A stretch of DNA of 64,000 nt, from NCBI GenBank assembly GCA_036012755.1, contig DASCPX010000129.1:64001-128000 (forward strand). Direction: 5' to 3'. The notes below the pieces were generated by a model that saw nothing but the letters and a program-made list of their open reading frames with translations, was not told the origin of the DNA and ran no database searches. How positions within the stretch are numbered: position 1 is the first letter of the stretch; each line of letters opens with the position of its first letter. This document shows, piece by piece, positions 23,776 to 33,111 of the stretch. Source of the DNA: Myxococcota bacterium. GTDB taxonomy: Bacteria > Myxococcota_A > UBA796 > CAJQPC01. The position numbers and the translations under genes were made by a program.

Positions 23776-25574
23776 TGTTGTTGTTCATCGGGAGCGTGCT
23801 CGCCGCCGAGCGGGTGACCATCCTCCACACCAACGACTGGCAGTCGCGCCTGCTGGGCACGCCGAACCAGACCTACTCGCCCGAGACCGTCGGAGACGAC
23901 GACTCCCTTGGCGGCGTCGCCCGCATCGCCACCCTGGCCACAGAGCGGCGTGCAGCTATCGACGGTCCGGTGCTGCTCGTCGACGCAGGTGACATCACGA
24001 TGGGCTCGCTCTTCCACCTGGTCTCCCGCGAGACCGGTGGCGAGCTCGAGCTGATGGCGATGCTCGACTACACGGCGGTCACCCTCGGCAACCACGACTT
24101 CGACTTCCGTCCGCAGGGCCTGGCGGACATGATCGGTGCGGCGGGGGCGGTGCCTCCCATCGTGGCCTCGAACCTGGTCCTCGACCCGAATCACCCCGGA
24201 GACGATGGCCTCGAGGCGCTCGTCGAGCAGGGGGTCCTGGTCGATCGACTGATCGTCGAGGAGGAGGGCCTCGTCGTCGGCTTCATCGGCCTGCTCGGCA
24301 AGGACGCGACGGAGGTGATGGGCCAGGCGGAGCCCGTCACCAGCGCGGACCAGGTGGAGACCACGACGCGCCTGGCCAGAGTCCTGCGGGAAGAAGGGGC
24401 CGACCTCGTCGTCGTGCTCTCCCACTCGGGCATCGAGCTGCAGGAGGACGGGACCTGGGGCGACGAGGACGTCGAGCTCCTGCGCGCCGTCCCCGGGGTC
24501 GACGTGCTCGTCTCGGGACACTCACACACGGCGCTGGAGACAGTGGTGATGGTGGATGGCCGGCCCCTGGTCGCCGCCGGCGCCAACACCCAGTTCCTCG
24601 GCGAGCTGAGCCTCGAGCGCTCAGGCGATTCCTGGGTCGTGCTCGACTACGAGCTCCACAGCATCGACGACCAGATCCTCGGCGACCCGGAGGTCACGGC
24701 GAAGGTCGAGGAGCTCCAGGAAGCTGTGAGCGAGCGCCTCGCCCCTGCGCGCTTCGACGACCTCGTCGCGGAGGTGGATCACCCGCTGGGCAAGGCAGAG
24801 GACGAGCACGAGCTGGCCAACATCGTCACCGACGCGTACCGGCTGGCGACCGGGGCCGACCTCGGCATGACCGGCAACGGCACGATCCGGGCCGAGCTCG
24901 CGCCCGGGCCGCTGCAGCGCTCGGATCTCTTCCTCGTCGATCCGCTGGGCATCGGCTCCCTGGATGACAGCCCGGGCTACGCGCTGGTGGTCGCCTGGTT
25001 CACCGGCGACGACATCCAGGACGTCCTCGACTTCCTCCTCATCGCCCACCTCACGAAGGGCTCGAGCTACGTGCCGCGCATCTCCGGCGCGGAGATCTTC
25101 GTGAACCCTCGCCGAATCCCCCTGGACCAGATCGACGAGGTGGTCTTCGCCGATGGCTCCACCCTGGACGACGAGGAGCTCTACGGGGTCGCGATGACCT
25201 CGTACGTGGCCACCTTCATGCCGCTGGTCGCCGACATGACCAAGGGCCTGCTCGCACCCCAGATGCGGGGCGCGGATGGCGCCCCTGTCGATGTCGCCGA
25301 GCTCTACGACAATGACCCGACGACCCCCGACATCCAGGAGCTGAAGGCCTGGCGTGCGCTGGCGGACCACGTCGCGACCATCCCGGATCTGGACGCCGAC
25401 GGACTGCCCGACCTGCCACCGCGCGGTGTCGCGAGCAACCGATTCGTCGAGCGCCCGTCCTGGCGGCTGTTGAAGAACAGCAGCTGGAGGATGAAGTCGG
25501 TGGTGGGGGTCCCGGCAGCCCTGGTGTTGTTGCTGCTGGTCTGGCGGGTCAGGGCGTCCCTTCGCGCCCCGTGA
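23775..25574 (+). CDS. Bifunctional metallophosphatase/5'-nucleotidase, C-terminal TM anchor
   Basis: ILHTND, GGVARIAT, VDAGD, LGNHDFD, LSHSG, SGHSHT, NGTIRA. Confidence 0.88.
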
Positions 25575-25992
25575 CCGTGGCGGAGCCCGTGTTGCCGTCG
25601 TAGTCCTCGATGATCATCTTGAACTCGTACTCGTCCGCGGCGCCGGCGCAGTTGATGCCCAGGACATCGGCGTTGAAGGAGCCGATGCAGTCGCCGCTGT
25701 CGGTGTTGCAGGAGAGCAACTCGGCGTCGGTGACGAGGGCGTCGTTCTTGTAGATCTCGACCATGTGGAAGCTCCTCGGCACGTTGTTGAGGCCCTGGGG
25801 GTCGTCGTAGGTCAGGGACATGCTCCAGTTGTAGAACTGGTCGCCGGTGTCGTGGAGGTAGCAGTAGGCGTCAGCGTCGGTGACCACCGGCGAGACGCCG
25901 TCGTCCACGTACTCGCTGTCGTCGGTCGAGCCCGAGTCGTCCACGGGGTTGTCTTTTCCGTCGCAGCTCAGAGCGAACAAGAGTGGCAGCAT
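25549..25992 (-). CDS. Putative lipoprotein
   Basis: MLPLLFALSC lipobox, acidic linker, strong coding-style codon usage. Confidence 0.65.
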   Translation of the reverse strand: MLPLLFALSCDGKDNPVDDSGSTDDSEYVDDGVSPVVTDADAYCYLHDTGDQFYNWSMSLTYDDPQGLNNVPRSFHMVEIYKNDALVTDAELLSCNTDSGDCIGSFNADVLGINCAGAADEYEFKMIIEDYDGNTGSATVTGREGTP

Positions 25993-26036
25993 GGGAACCT
26001 CCATCGAATGATCGAGCCTAACCGGAAGTGACGGCG

Positions 26037-26939
26037 ATGCGCCGGGGTCTGTTGCTCGGGTTCACCACCCTGGTGGTGGGCGCGACCCTCGGGTGGTGGC
26101 AGCAGGACCGCATCATCGGTGAGTTCCGCATCCTGGGACGCCGCGGCGCCCTCGCCTGGCAGGTGGACGGGCAGTGGCGGTCGGTCACATCGGAGGATCG
26201 TCGTCGCCGCAGCTGGGGTCCCCACGACGCCTTCCTTCGGGACGGACTCTCATTCGATGTGCTCGAGCCGGGCTTGGAGCTCGCGCGGCTGCGCTACCGG
26301 AGGGATCCGAACCCCGCTGACTACGAGCTCCTCGTCGTTCGGGTCGACCCGGAGCTCTGGAGCTTCCGAGTTCGTGGGGAGGAGGACTTCCGCCGTGCGT
26401 CCATCTCCGAGCTTGCGGGTGACGCCAACATCGCTCTCAACGCGAGCTTCTTCGCCGAGGAGGGCCCTGTGGGGCTGGTCCTGCAGGATGGCATCGAGCG
26501 CGTGCCCCAGGGCTCGGCGCGGGCGGCCCACTTCCTGGTGGACCCGGTCTACGGACCTCGCGTCGACAACCGGAAGGGCGCGTCCCTCGAGGGGGTGGAG
26601 CACGGCGTCCAGGGCTTCCCGGCGATCATGAGCGGTGGAGAGACCTACTCCTACATGCGCGTGGGTGGTCGGGGGTTCCCGGTCCACCAGCTCAGTCGGC
26701 GGACGGCGGTGTGCTTGGACTGGGAGGGGCAGGTCCTGCTCACCGTGACCGACACGCCGCTCAACGGCTTGACCCTCAACGAGCTCGCCACGGTGCTCGG
26801 GGGACTCGGCTGCGAGGACGCGATGGGCCTGGACGGGGGATCCAGCACCGCCCTGTATGTGCGTGCAGGCGAGCGCAGCGTGACCGTGGATGCTCGGGAC
26901 GGAATCCCGGTGGCCATCCTGGTGGAGCCTAGGATCTGA
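26037..26939 (+). CDS. Phosphodiester glycosidase (NAGPA/DUF2233) family protein
   Basis: ALNASFF, RRTAVC, AMGLDGGSSTAL. Confidence 0.8.
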   Translation: MRRGLLLGFTTLVVGATLGWWQQDRIIGEFRILGRRGALAWQVDGQWRSVTSEDRRRRSWGPHDAFLRDGLSFDVLEPGLELARLRYRRDPNPADYELLVVRVDPELWSFRVRGEEDFRRASISELAGDANIALNASFFAEEGPVGLVLQDGIERVPQGSARAAHFLVDPVYGPRVDNRKGASLEGVEHGVQGFPAIMSGGETYSYMRVGGRGFPVHQLSRRTAVCLDWEGQVLLTVTDTPLNGLTLNELATVLGGLGCEDAMGLDGGSSTALYVRAGERSVTVDARDGIPVAILVEPRI

Positions 26940-27100
26940 ATTGCCCAACTCAGAATTGTAGATCCCAACACGTATCCACAAGACATTTCGGTAACTTGGT
27001 GCCAGCCGTGCCGAACGTGTGATGGCCCTGTGGACAGGGTTGGGCAGGATTGATCCAGCGTCACTGAGGCTAAGTGCCTGAAATCCCGTTCCTCGAAAGT

Positions 27101-27117
27101 TGGCACGGGGCATGCAT
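27101..27117 (+). promoter_or_regulatory. Sigma54 (-24/-12) promoter
   Basis: TGGCACGGGGCATGCAT with GG at 27102-3 and GC at 27114-5, exactly 10 nt between. IHF-like TAAGTGCCTGAAA at 27071-83. Confidence 0.8.
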
Positions 27118-27128
27118 ATGAGAGCCAC

Positions 27129-28263
27129 GACATCCGGGCATAACAATCCGGAGTCGACCGAGGGGAACCTCGGAACGTTCTTTGACGTCGACAATGCCAA
27201 CAGAAGGGTCTTCGGACCTGGAAGATGGCGAATGAAAGCCCAAGAGAGCAACGGGCGCTCCGCCACCGGAAACGGGGGTGGGACGCAACGGACTCTTCAG
27301 TGGATAAAGCCTTGAAGTCGATCGCCTGGACGGGCGGACTGGCCAAGCGGGACCTGGCAACGGGAAGCGTGGAAGCGGGACCAACCGGACAGAGGTGACT
27401 GGAAGCTGACGGCTCATGCCTGAAGCGGATGGGAATGGGCGGTGGCGCGGAGAGCGCGGCAGTGAGCGAACCTCGAGAACGCTTGGTGGCCGCGAAGGAA
27501 ACGCCAACGTCGTGAAACGGCAAGAAGGCAAGGTCTCGCGGTGACGCGGGAGCAGCTGCTGAGGAGGAGAAAGCTCTGAAGGGTCGGGCGTCGCGGAGAC
27601 GCGTTTGCGAACGAGTGCATTCTCGGGAGTGAGCGAGGTCGAACGCGGCGAACCCCAAGACCGGCTGCAGGGTGCAATAGACCTGCGGAGCCCGGGCGGA
27701 GAAAACCGCTGAGGTGGGGAGGAACCACGAGAGCGGAACGAGCGGGGCGCTTGGCAGCGCAACGCCGAAGGGAAGTCGAGCGAGACGAGACGCGTCCGAG
27801 CGTCACGACTCACAAAGCGAGGCTGACCGGGAGAGGACGCACGGGAAGGCGCTGGTAGAGGGGTGAGACCTGGACCCAAACCCATGAGAGGAGGTCGAGC
27901 AATCGACCAGCACGGAAGCCGCGTGTCTCTGTAGGGGAATCGAAGTTCATGAAGGCAACGCCTGTGAAAGGCGAGAGGTGGAAGCGAAGACCTCGAGGGC
28001 CATCCGGTCAATCAAACGTGTGAACAACGCGGACCGGGCAAGGCCGAGGAGGAGTCGGGAAAGGCCAAACGACCCGATAGTGACCACAACGGAGAGAGGG
28101 CGCGCTGTTTCGGCAGCGAGACCCGCTCAGAGCCCTGAAGGACCCGACAACTCCATGAGAGGCCAACCGAGCGCAATGGAACCAGTTTCGGCTGGGGTAT
28201 GCGCGAGGGGAAGGCGACCGAGGCGTAAGCCTCTGTAGGGAAGTCCCTCCGGGCTCGGATGTC
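27129..28263 (+). ncRNA. Candidate large structured non-coding RNA (~1.14 kb), family unassigned
   Basis: Lies between the sigma54 promoter and a terminator. 5' GACATCCGGGC pairs with 3' GCTCGGATGTC. Many GNRA/UUCG hairpins; no convincing protein ORF. Confidence 0.75.
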
Positions 28264-28269
28264 ACCCAG

Positions 28270-28301
28270 AAGCCCCGAGAGCGAAAGCTCTCGGGGTTTT
28301 C
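28270..28301 (+). terminator. Rho-independent terminator
   Basis: GCCCCGAGAGC-GAAA-GCTCTCGGGGT followed by TTT-CTGCTTT. Confidence 0.85.
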
Positions 28302-28351
28302 TGCTTTGGATCTGGAGGCGTCTCGGCTGGAGACGCCTGTCTCGCAGAGAC

Positions 28352-29365
28352 TCAGTGCACGACGCTGGCGATCGCGGGAGCTCGAAGCATCACGCGGTCC
28401 TCGCCGGGCAGGCGGACTCGGCGGAGCAGGCCCGCCATCATCAGCCGTTCGTCGACCTCGGGCTCGATGGAGAGGGGCTCGCCGGAGAGCAGATCATCCA
28501 GGCGGCAGCTCATCCAGGTGTCGGACCGGACGATGTCGACAGCGGAGCGGATCTCCTGGGCGAGGGGCCCCATGGACTTGACGAGGCCGTCGCGGGTCCG
28601 GGGCATGCCTCCCCCGCGGGCGTCGTCGCCGAGGGCGTCGACGACGGCTGGAATGCCCCCGGAGAATCGGGCCGCGGACTCCAGGGGGGTGCGCTCCGTG
28701 ATCCCCGAACGACCGACGATGGCGGCGGCGGCTTCGGCCTCGCCATAGTCTGCGAGGGGCACGCGCGCGGCGTCCTCTAGCACCAGCGAGGGCACGTCGA
28801 CGGCAGCGGCGAGCAGCATCGTCGTCTTGCGGTTCGCCGGGTACCAGCGCACGAAGTCGGACCAGATGCGGGAGAGGTCCTCGAGGGTCTCGATGGGGAG
28901 GTACTCGGCTCCGTGCCCGAGCAAGGCGACGGCTGCGCCGCGCTCCTCGAAGCGATCCTGGGCGTTCATCAGGAGGTCCAGGGCCAGGGTGCGGAAGCCG
29001 TGCCGGCCGGCCACCATCGGCACCGGGCGATCGTTCCACTCGTCCGAGCAGAGCTGCGAGAGGATCTGCAGGACGAAGTGCCAGGCCTCGGGCGCGCGCC
29101 GGCCCTTCAGGGGACGGAAGGACACCGTGCGGCAGCCGACAGCGGGCTCTCCGACGGCGAGGTCGAGAGCCAGCTCCTCGAGGAAGGTCTGGGGCTTCGA
29201 CCAGCGCGGGGTCGTGAGGATCATCGGCTCCAGCCGGCGGAGGTGCGTGCGCACCTTGCGAGCCGTGCGGCCACGCAGCGCGGCCTCGATGAAGTGCTGA
29301 TCGGGATCGAAGGAGTCCCGCCGGGCCACCCTCAACATCTGCATCCTGCGTGCGAGCCGGCTCAT
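28352..29365 (-). CDS. Hypothetical protein, probable degenerate AAA/STAND-type NTPase fold
   Basis: Spacing of elements resembles STAND ATPases (LADYGEAEA, FSGGIPAVV), but the Walker A/B positions are degenerate. Confidence 0.5.
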   Translation of the reverse strand: MSRLARRMQMLRVARRDSFDPDQHFIEAALRGRTARKVRTHLRRLEPMILTTPRWSKPQTFLEELALDLAVGEPAVGCRTVSFRPLKGRRAPEAWHFVLQILSQLCSDEWNDRPVPMVAGRHGFRTLALDLLMNAQDRFEERGAAVALLGHGAEYLPIETLEDLSRIWSDFVRWYPANRKTTMLLAAAVDVPSLVLEDAARVPLADYGEAEAAAAIVGRSGITERTPLESAARFSGGIPAVVDALGDDARGGGMPRTRDGLVKSMGPLAQEIRSAVDIVRSDTWMSCRLDDLLSGEPLSIEPEVDERLMMAGLLRRVRLPGEDRVMLRAPAIASVVH

Positions 29366-29470
29366 CTTCTGCCTCTACGTAGGGAGAGACAATGGTCGCC
29401 CGCAAAGTCTTGCGATGTCAAGAGTCCAGTAGATGTGTCACTTTAAGGAACACCGCTTATCATCGCGAGC

Positions 29471-31129
29471 GTGAGTCGCCCCCCGCGCCACACCCTGGTC
29501 CCCAACGCCAACAACGTGAGGCTGCTGGCGCGGCTTCTCGAGCTGGTCGCGCAAGGGGTGCGCGAGCCACGCACGCTGGCCGAGGTCCTCGACTGCGAGG
29601 TCCGCACGGTCCACTACTACACCCAGGCTGGGGACTGGCTGAACCTGCTCGAGACCGACGAGCGCACCCACCGTCCCTACCTCACCCGGCTGGGTCTGGA
29701 GTACGTCTACGCCGGCCGAAAGAGGGCGCGGGTCTACTCGCGCGCCGTGTGGGGGACGCAGTTCGTCGCCCAGCTGATGGACGGCCGCCGCACCCTCCCG
29801 GAGAACGAGGCCATCGCGGCCTTCATCCGGAAGAACGTGCCCGACATGGCTGCCTCCACGTCCAGGCGCCGAGCGAGCGCGGTCCGCAGCCTGCTGGAGC
29901 CGGCGATGCGCTACCCGGCGCCGAGCAGCTCGGGTCACCAGCTGAGCCTGGACCTCGGGCTCGCCCAGCCCCCAAGGGTCACGGAGCCGCCGCTGGACCT
30001 GTCGGTCGGCACGGAGGGCTCGCCGGATGTCTACCGACTCGTGCTGAGGGCGCTGCTCGACTTCGGAGAGCTGAGCCTGTGGCACGTCCGGGCGCTGCTG
30101 GACCGGGCCGGAGGGCAGGACTGCCCGGTCGCGCCCTATGTCGAGCTTGCCGTCGAGCGAGGTGACGCCTGGCGCGTCGGGGATCGGATCGTCGTCAGCT
30201 TCGGCGCGGCCTGGCGCCGGGACCTCGCCGACACGGTCGCGGGGGTGGCGCTGAGCGACCCCGGCTACAGGGCCTACCTCACGGTCCTTCGCCAGACCGC
30301 AGACGGGGATCCGGGCGCGGCCATGGACTATGCGCGTCTCCAGGAGCGCTACGCCGCCTGGGACCGCCGCATCTTCGGCCGCGAGGTCCGGCCTCCAGAG
30401 CTCGCAGCGGACCTCGACCGTGTCCTGCTGGGCCGGCCGATCGACGCTTTTCCGCTCGCTGGCGAGCCCGGGCCGGAGCCCTCTCCCCTCACCGGCGCCT
30501 TCCTGTCCATCTGCGAGCACGAAGGGGTCGTCATCGCCCTGCCGCCGTCCCTGGGCCAGCTGGTCGACGGGGTCTCCGGGGCCAATGCTGCGCTGGAAGC
30601 CCGCCGAACCGGCGAAGGCAGCCGCACTCCCAGCCACCTCGACAGGCGCGAGCTGGTCCACGGGGGCCTGTTCCACCCGGGCGAGGTGCGAGGGCGTGCC
30701 ATCCCCGACCGCGTCACCCTGCGGCACCGAGCGCTCTGTCACGTGCCCCACCTGGCCATGGTCGCCGCACTGTTGGTGGCGCACCGGAAGCGGCGTGGGG
30801 CCTTGCGGATCCGGGCCAGCGAGAGCCGCCTGGAGCTCAGGCTGGGCCGACGCTCCATGGGAGAGCTGCTCTACCTGTTGGACGAGTTCTGCTCGGAGCA
30901 GGGCTGGCTGGTGGCCCGTCGCCCCCGGGCGGGACTCTCCGGGGCCAGCATCGCGGCGGTGCTCGAGTCGCTGGGGGTCGCGGTGCGCTTCGATGACCTC
31001 CTCGTCCTCGACGAGGCCTTCTTCGTCCGGCTGCAGTCCGACGCGGAGGATCGGGAGATCTACGAGGGCCTCCTGCCCTTGTCCGAGCGACTCGTCGCCT
31101 TCCTCGAGGAGTGGCGCGGGGAGCCATGA
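29471..31129 (+). CDS. Hypothetical protein with N-terminal winged-helix-like region
   Basis: LAEVLDCEVRTVHYY HTH-like segment and STSRRRASAVRSLL; long ORF with typical codon bias. Confidence 0.55.
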   Translation: MSRPPRHTLVPNANNVRLLARLLELVAQGVREPRTLAEVLDCEVRTVHYYTQAGDWLNLLETDERTHRPYLTRLGLEYVYAGRKRARVYSRAVWGTQFVAQLMDGRRTLPENEAIAAFIRKNVPDMAASTSRRRASAVRSLLEPAMRYPAPSSSGHQLSLDLGLAQPPRVTEPPLDLSVGTEGSPDVYRLVLRALLDFGELSLWHVRALLDRAGGQDCPVAPYVELAVERGDAWRVGDRIVVSFGAAWRRDLADTVAGVALSDPGYRAYLTVLRQTADGDPGAAMDYARLQERYAAWDRRIFGREVRPPELAADLDRVLLGRPIDAFPLAGEPGPEPSPLTGAFLSICEHEGVVIALPPSLGQLVDGVSGANAALEARRTGEGSRTPSHLDRRELVHGGLFHPGEVRGRAIPDRVTLRHRALCHVPHLAMVAALLVAHRKRRGALRIRASESRLELRLGRRSMGELLYLLDEFCSEQGWLVARRPRAGLSGASIAAVLESLGVAVRFDDLLVLDEAFFVRLQSDAEDREIYEGLLPLSERLVAFLEEWRGEP

Positions 31130-32323
31130 GCATGCTTCGCGTCGGCCTGGACCTTCGCGAGATCCGACGCGGTGAGGAGGTCTTCGCTCTCAGCCCCCAG
31201 GAGGTAGCGATCCTCCAGCTGCTCAGCGAGTCCGGAGGCCGGCCGGTGGAGCGAGCGGTGCTGCTCACAGAGGCCCTCGGGTACCGGGCAGGAATCGAGA
31301 CCCGCGCCCTGGATCACGCAGTGACCCGGCTGCGCCGGAAGCTGGGCGATCCCTCCAGCCTCCCGAGCGTCTACGGGGTCGGCTACCGGCTCGTCTTCCA
31401 GGCGGAGGACGAGGATCTCATCGGGCGGAGCGAGCTGCTCGCCGAGCTGCGTCGGGCCACGGGGGTCGTGCTGCTGCTCGGACCCGGGGGCATGGGAAAG
31501 ACGCGGCTGGCTCGAGCTCTGGGGGCGGAGATCTGGTGCGACCTGAAGGCCTGTCGGGACGACGGGGCGATGCGCGATGCCCTGGCAGGCACCCTCGACA
31601 CGACCTTGGCGATCGAGCGAGTGCTGGCCCGGCGTGGGGCTCAGACGCTGGTGCTCGACAACTTCGAGCAGCTCGATGGCGCTGCGTGGGGACATCGAGG
31701 GTGCGCTCCGGCTGGCCTCGGCCGCTCTGGTCGAGGTGGACGCCGGCGGCGCCACGGCCATGCGTGCCCCGGTTCTCAGCGGTCTCGCGGCCTTCGCCCT
31801 GGAGGCAGGAGACGCCGAGAGGGCCCGCGGCTACCTGGAGCGCGCCCGAGAGCTCGGGGGCTCCCGCAACACGCTCCATCGGCTGCACCTCGTCCACGCC
31901 CTGGCCCACGTGGACCTCGCGGCGGGCAGCTTCGATGCGGCGATCGAAGGCTTCCGTAGTGTCGCGACAGAGGCGGCGGAGGTCGGGGAGGAGCGCCTGG
32001 TCGGCGACGCCTGGGAAGGTGAGGCGGCGGTGCTGGCCGAGACGCGGCGCTACGCAGAGGCCCGGATCCTGCTCGAGCGCGCGGTCGTGTCCCATCGACG
32101 GCTGGATCGGGCCATCGAGGAGGAGCGGGCGACGGTGCGAGCCGCGCTGGTCGATTCCTTGAGCGGACTTCCCGGGCTCACTCGTCTCGACGAGCGACGA
32201 GTCGGTCTCGATCTTCTGGGACCTCGCCAGCCTCTCGGACACCGACACCAGCACGGCGGACGTGACCATCTCCTCGAGCAGCGGAGACCCGGACTACTTC
32301 GGCACGACGCTGGCGGCGGGTGA
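31126..32323 (+). pseudogene. Disrupted winged-helix / P-loop NTPase / TPR regulator
   Basis: wHTH (ALDHAVTRLRRKL, VYGVGYRL), Walker A GPGGMGKT and Walker B LVLDNFE, then a frame change near 31675 into TPR-like helices. The middle part is missing. Confidence 0.65.
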
Positions 32324-32468
32324 CTTCGACGGCGACGGCAACACGGGCTCGCTGTTCGGTCTCGGCATGCTCGCGGTCGACATGGACTCGGACGGAGCTG
32401 ACGATCTCGCGGTCGCGGCGCCCGGCGAGGGCAGCGGCGGCAGCGTCTACTTCCTCACGCTGCAGTAG
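32190..32468 (+). pseudogene. C-terminal remnant of an FG-GAP repeat protein
   Basis: YFGTTLAAGDFDGDG and DMDSDGADDLAVAAPG...GSVYF, with no N-terminus. Confidence 0.55.
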
Positions 32469-32494
32469 TCGGTGCCCTCAGCATCGGGTACAAC

Positions 32495-33070
32495 GTGCCG
32501 ATGCTGAGGGATCGCCTCAAGAAGCGCCTCAAGGAGCTCGTCGGTAACGACGAGCCCGCCCGGGCCAACGACGAGCCCGCCCGGCCCACTGCGCCGCCGC
32601 CGACCAAGGCTCCGGTGGTGGAGCCGGTGGCCAGGAAGCAAAACGGCTTCGCTGCGCTCGCGGCTGCCGCTGCTGCCGGAGAGCTCGACGAGGCTCGCCA
32701 CGCGGATGAAGCGAGCACGGACGTGGCGGCCTACGCCGAGCGGGCGCGAGTGAACGGCCGCACCATCGAGCTGGCCGGGGCTGGCCTGAACGTCGCAGAG
32801 GACGGGGTCGAGTTCCTCGGCCCGATCGACAACGAGTCCTCCCGGGCGAAGGCCGCGGGGTTGGTGCTCACGATCGACCGACATGAGTGCATCAGCTGTG
32901 GCACCTGCATCGAGCACACAGAGGTCGTCTTCTTCCTCGGCGAGGACGACAAGTCCGGCGAGGAGGTCAAGGCCGAGGTGCTGGTTCAGGATGGTCCGAT
33001 GGACCTCATCCAGGACGCGATCGACGCCTGTCCGGTCACATGCATCGACTGGCTGGCCATAGGGGAGTAG
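32495..33070 (+). CDS. Ferredoxin with long N-terminal extension
   Basis: CISCGTC...ACPVTCI single-cluster ferredoxin motif. Confidence 0.8.
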   Translation: MPMLRDRLKKRLKELVGNDEPARANDEPARPTAPPPTKAPVVEPVARKQNGFAALAAAAAAGELDEARHADEASTDVAAYAERARVNGRTIELAGAGLNVAEDGVEFLGPIDNESSRAKAAGLVLTIDRHECISCGTCIEHTEVVFFLGEDDKSGEEVKAEVLVQDGPMDLIQDAIDACPVTCIDWLAIGE

Positions 33071-33111
33071 TCGACGGCTCCGTGGTAGCGTCGATGGCCC
33101 CGGAGCCCCCC

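Noticed and set aside
26972..27037. DnaA-box-like GTATCCACA and TGTGGACAG as oriC
   Set aside because: Only two imperfect boxes, no unwinding element and no dnaA/dnaN context.
27129..28263. rRNA, tmRNA, RNase P RNA or group I/II intron identity
   Set aside because: I found no universal rRNA motifs, tRNA-like ends, RNase P GAGGAAAGUCC core, or group II GUGYG start and domain V. The element has its own promoter and terminator. An Rfam search is still needed.
26250..28265. ORFs across the gene-free region (26250..27266, 26651..27658, 27070..28011, 27978..28238)
   Set aside because: Ser/Arg/Pro-rich translations with no motifs and no GC3 bias, overlapping each other. The structured RNA explains the region better.
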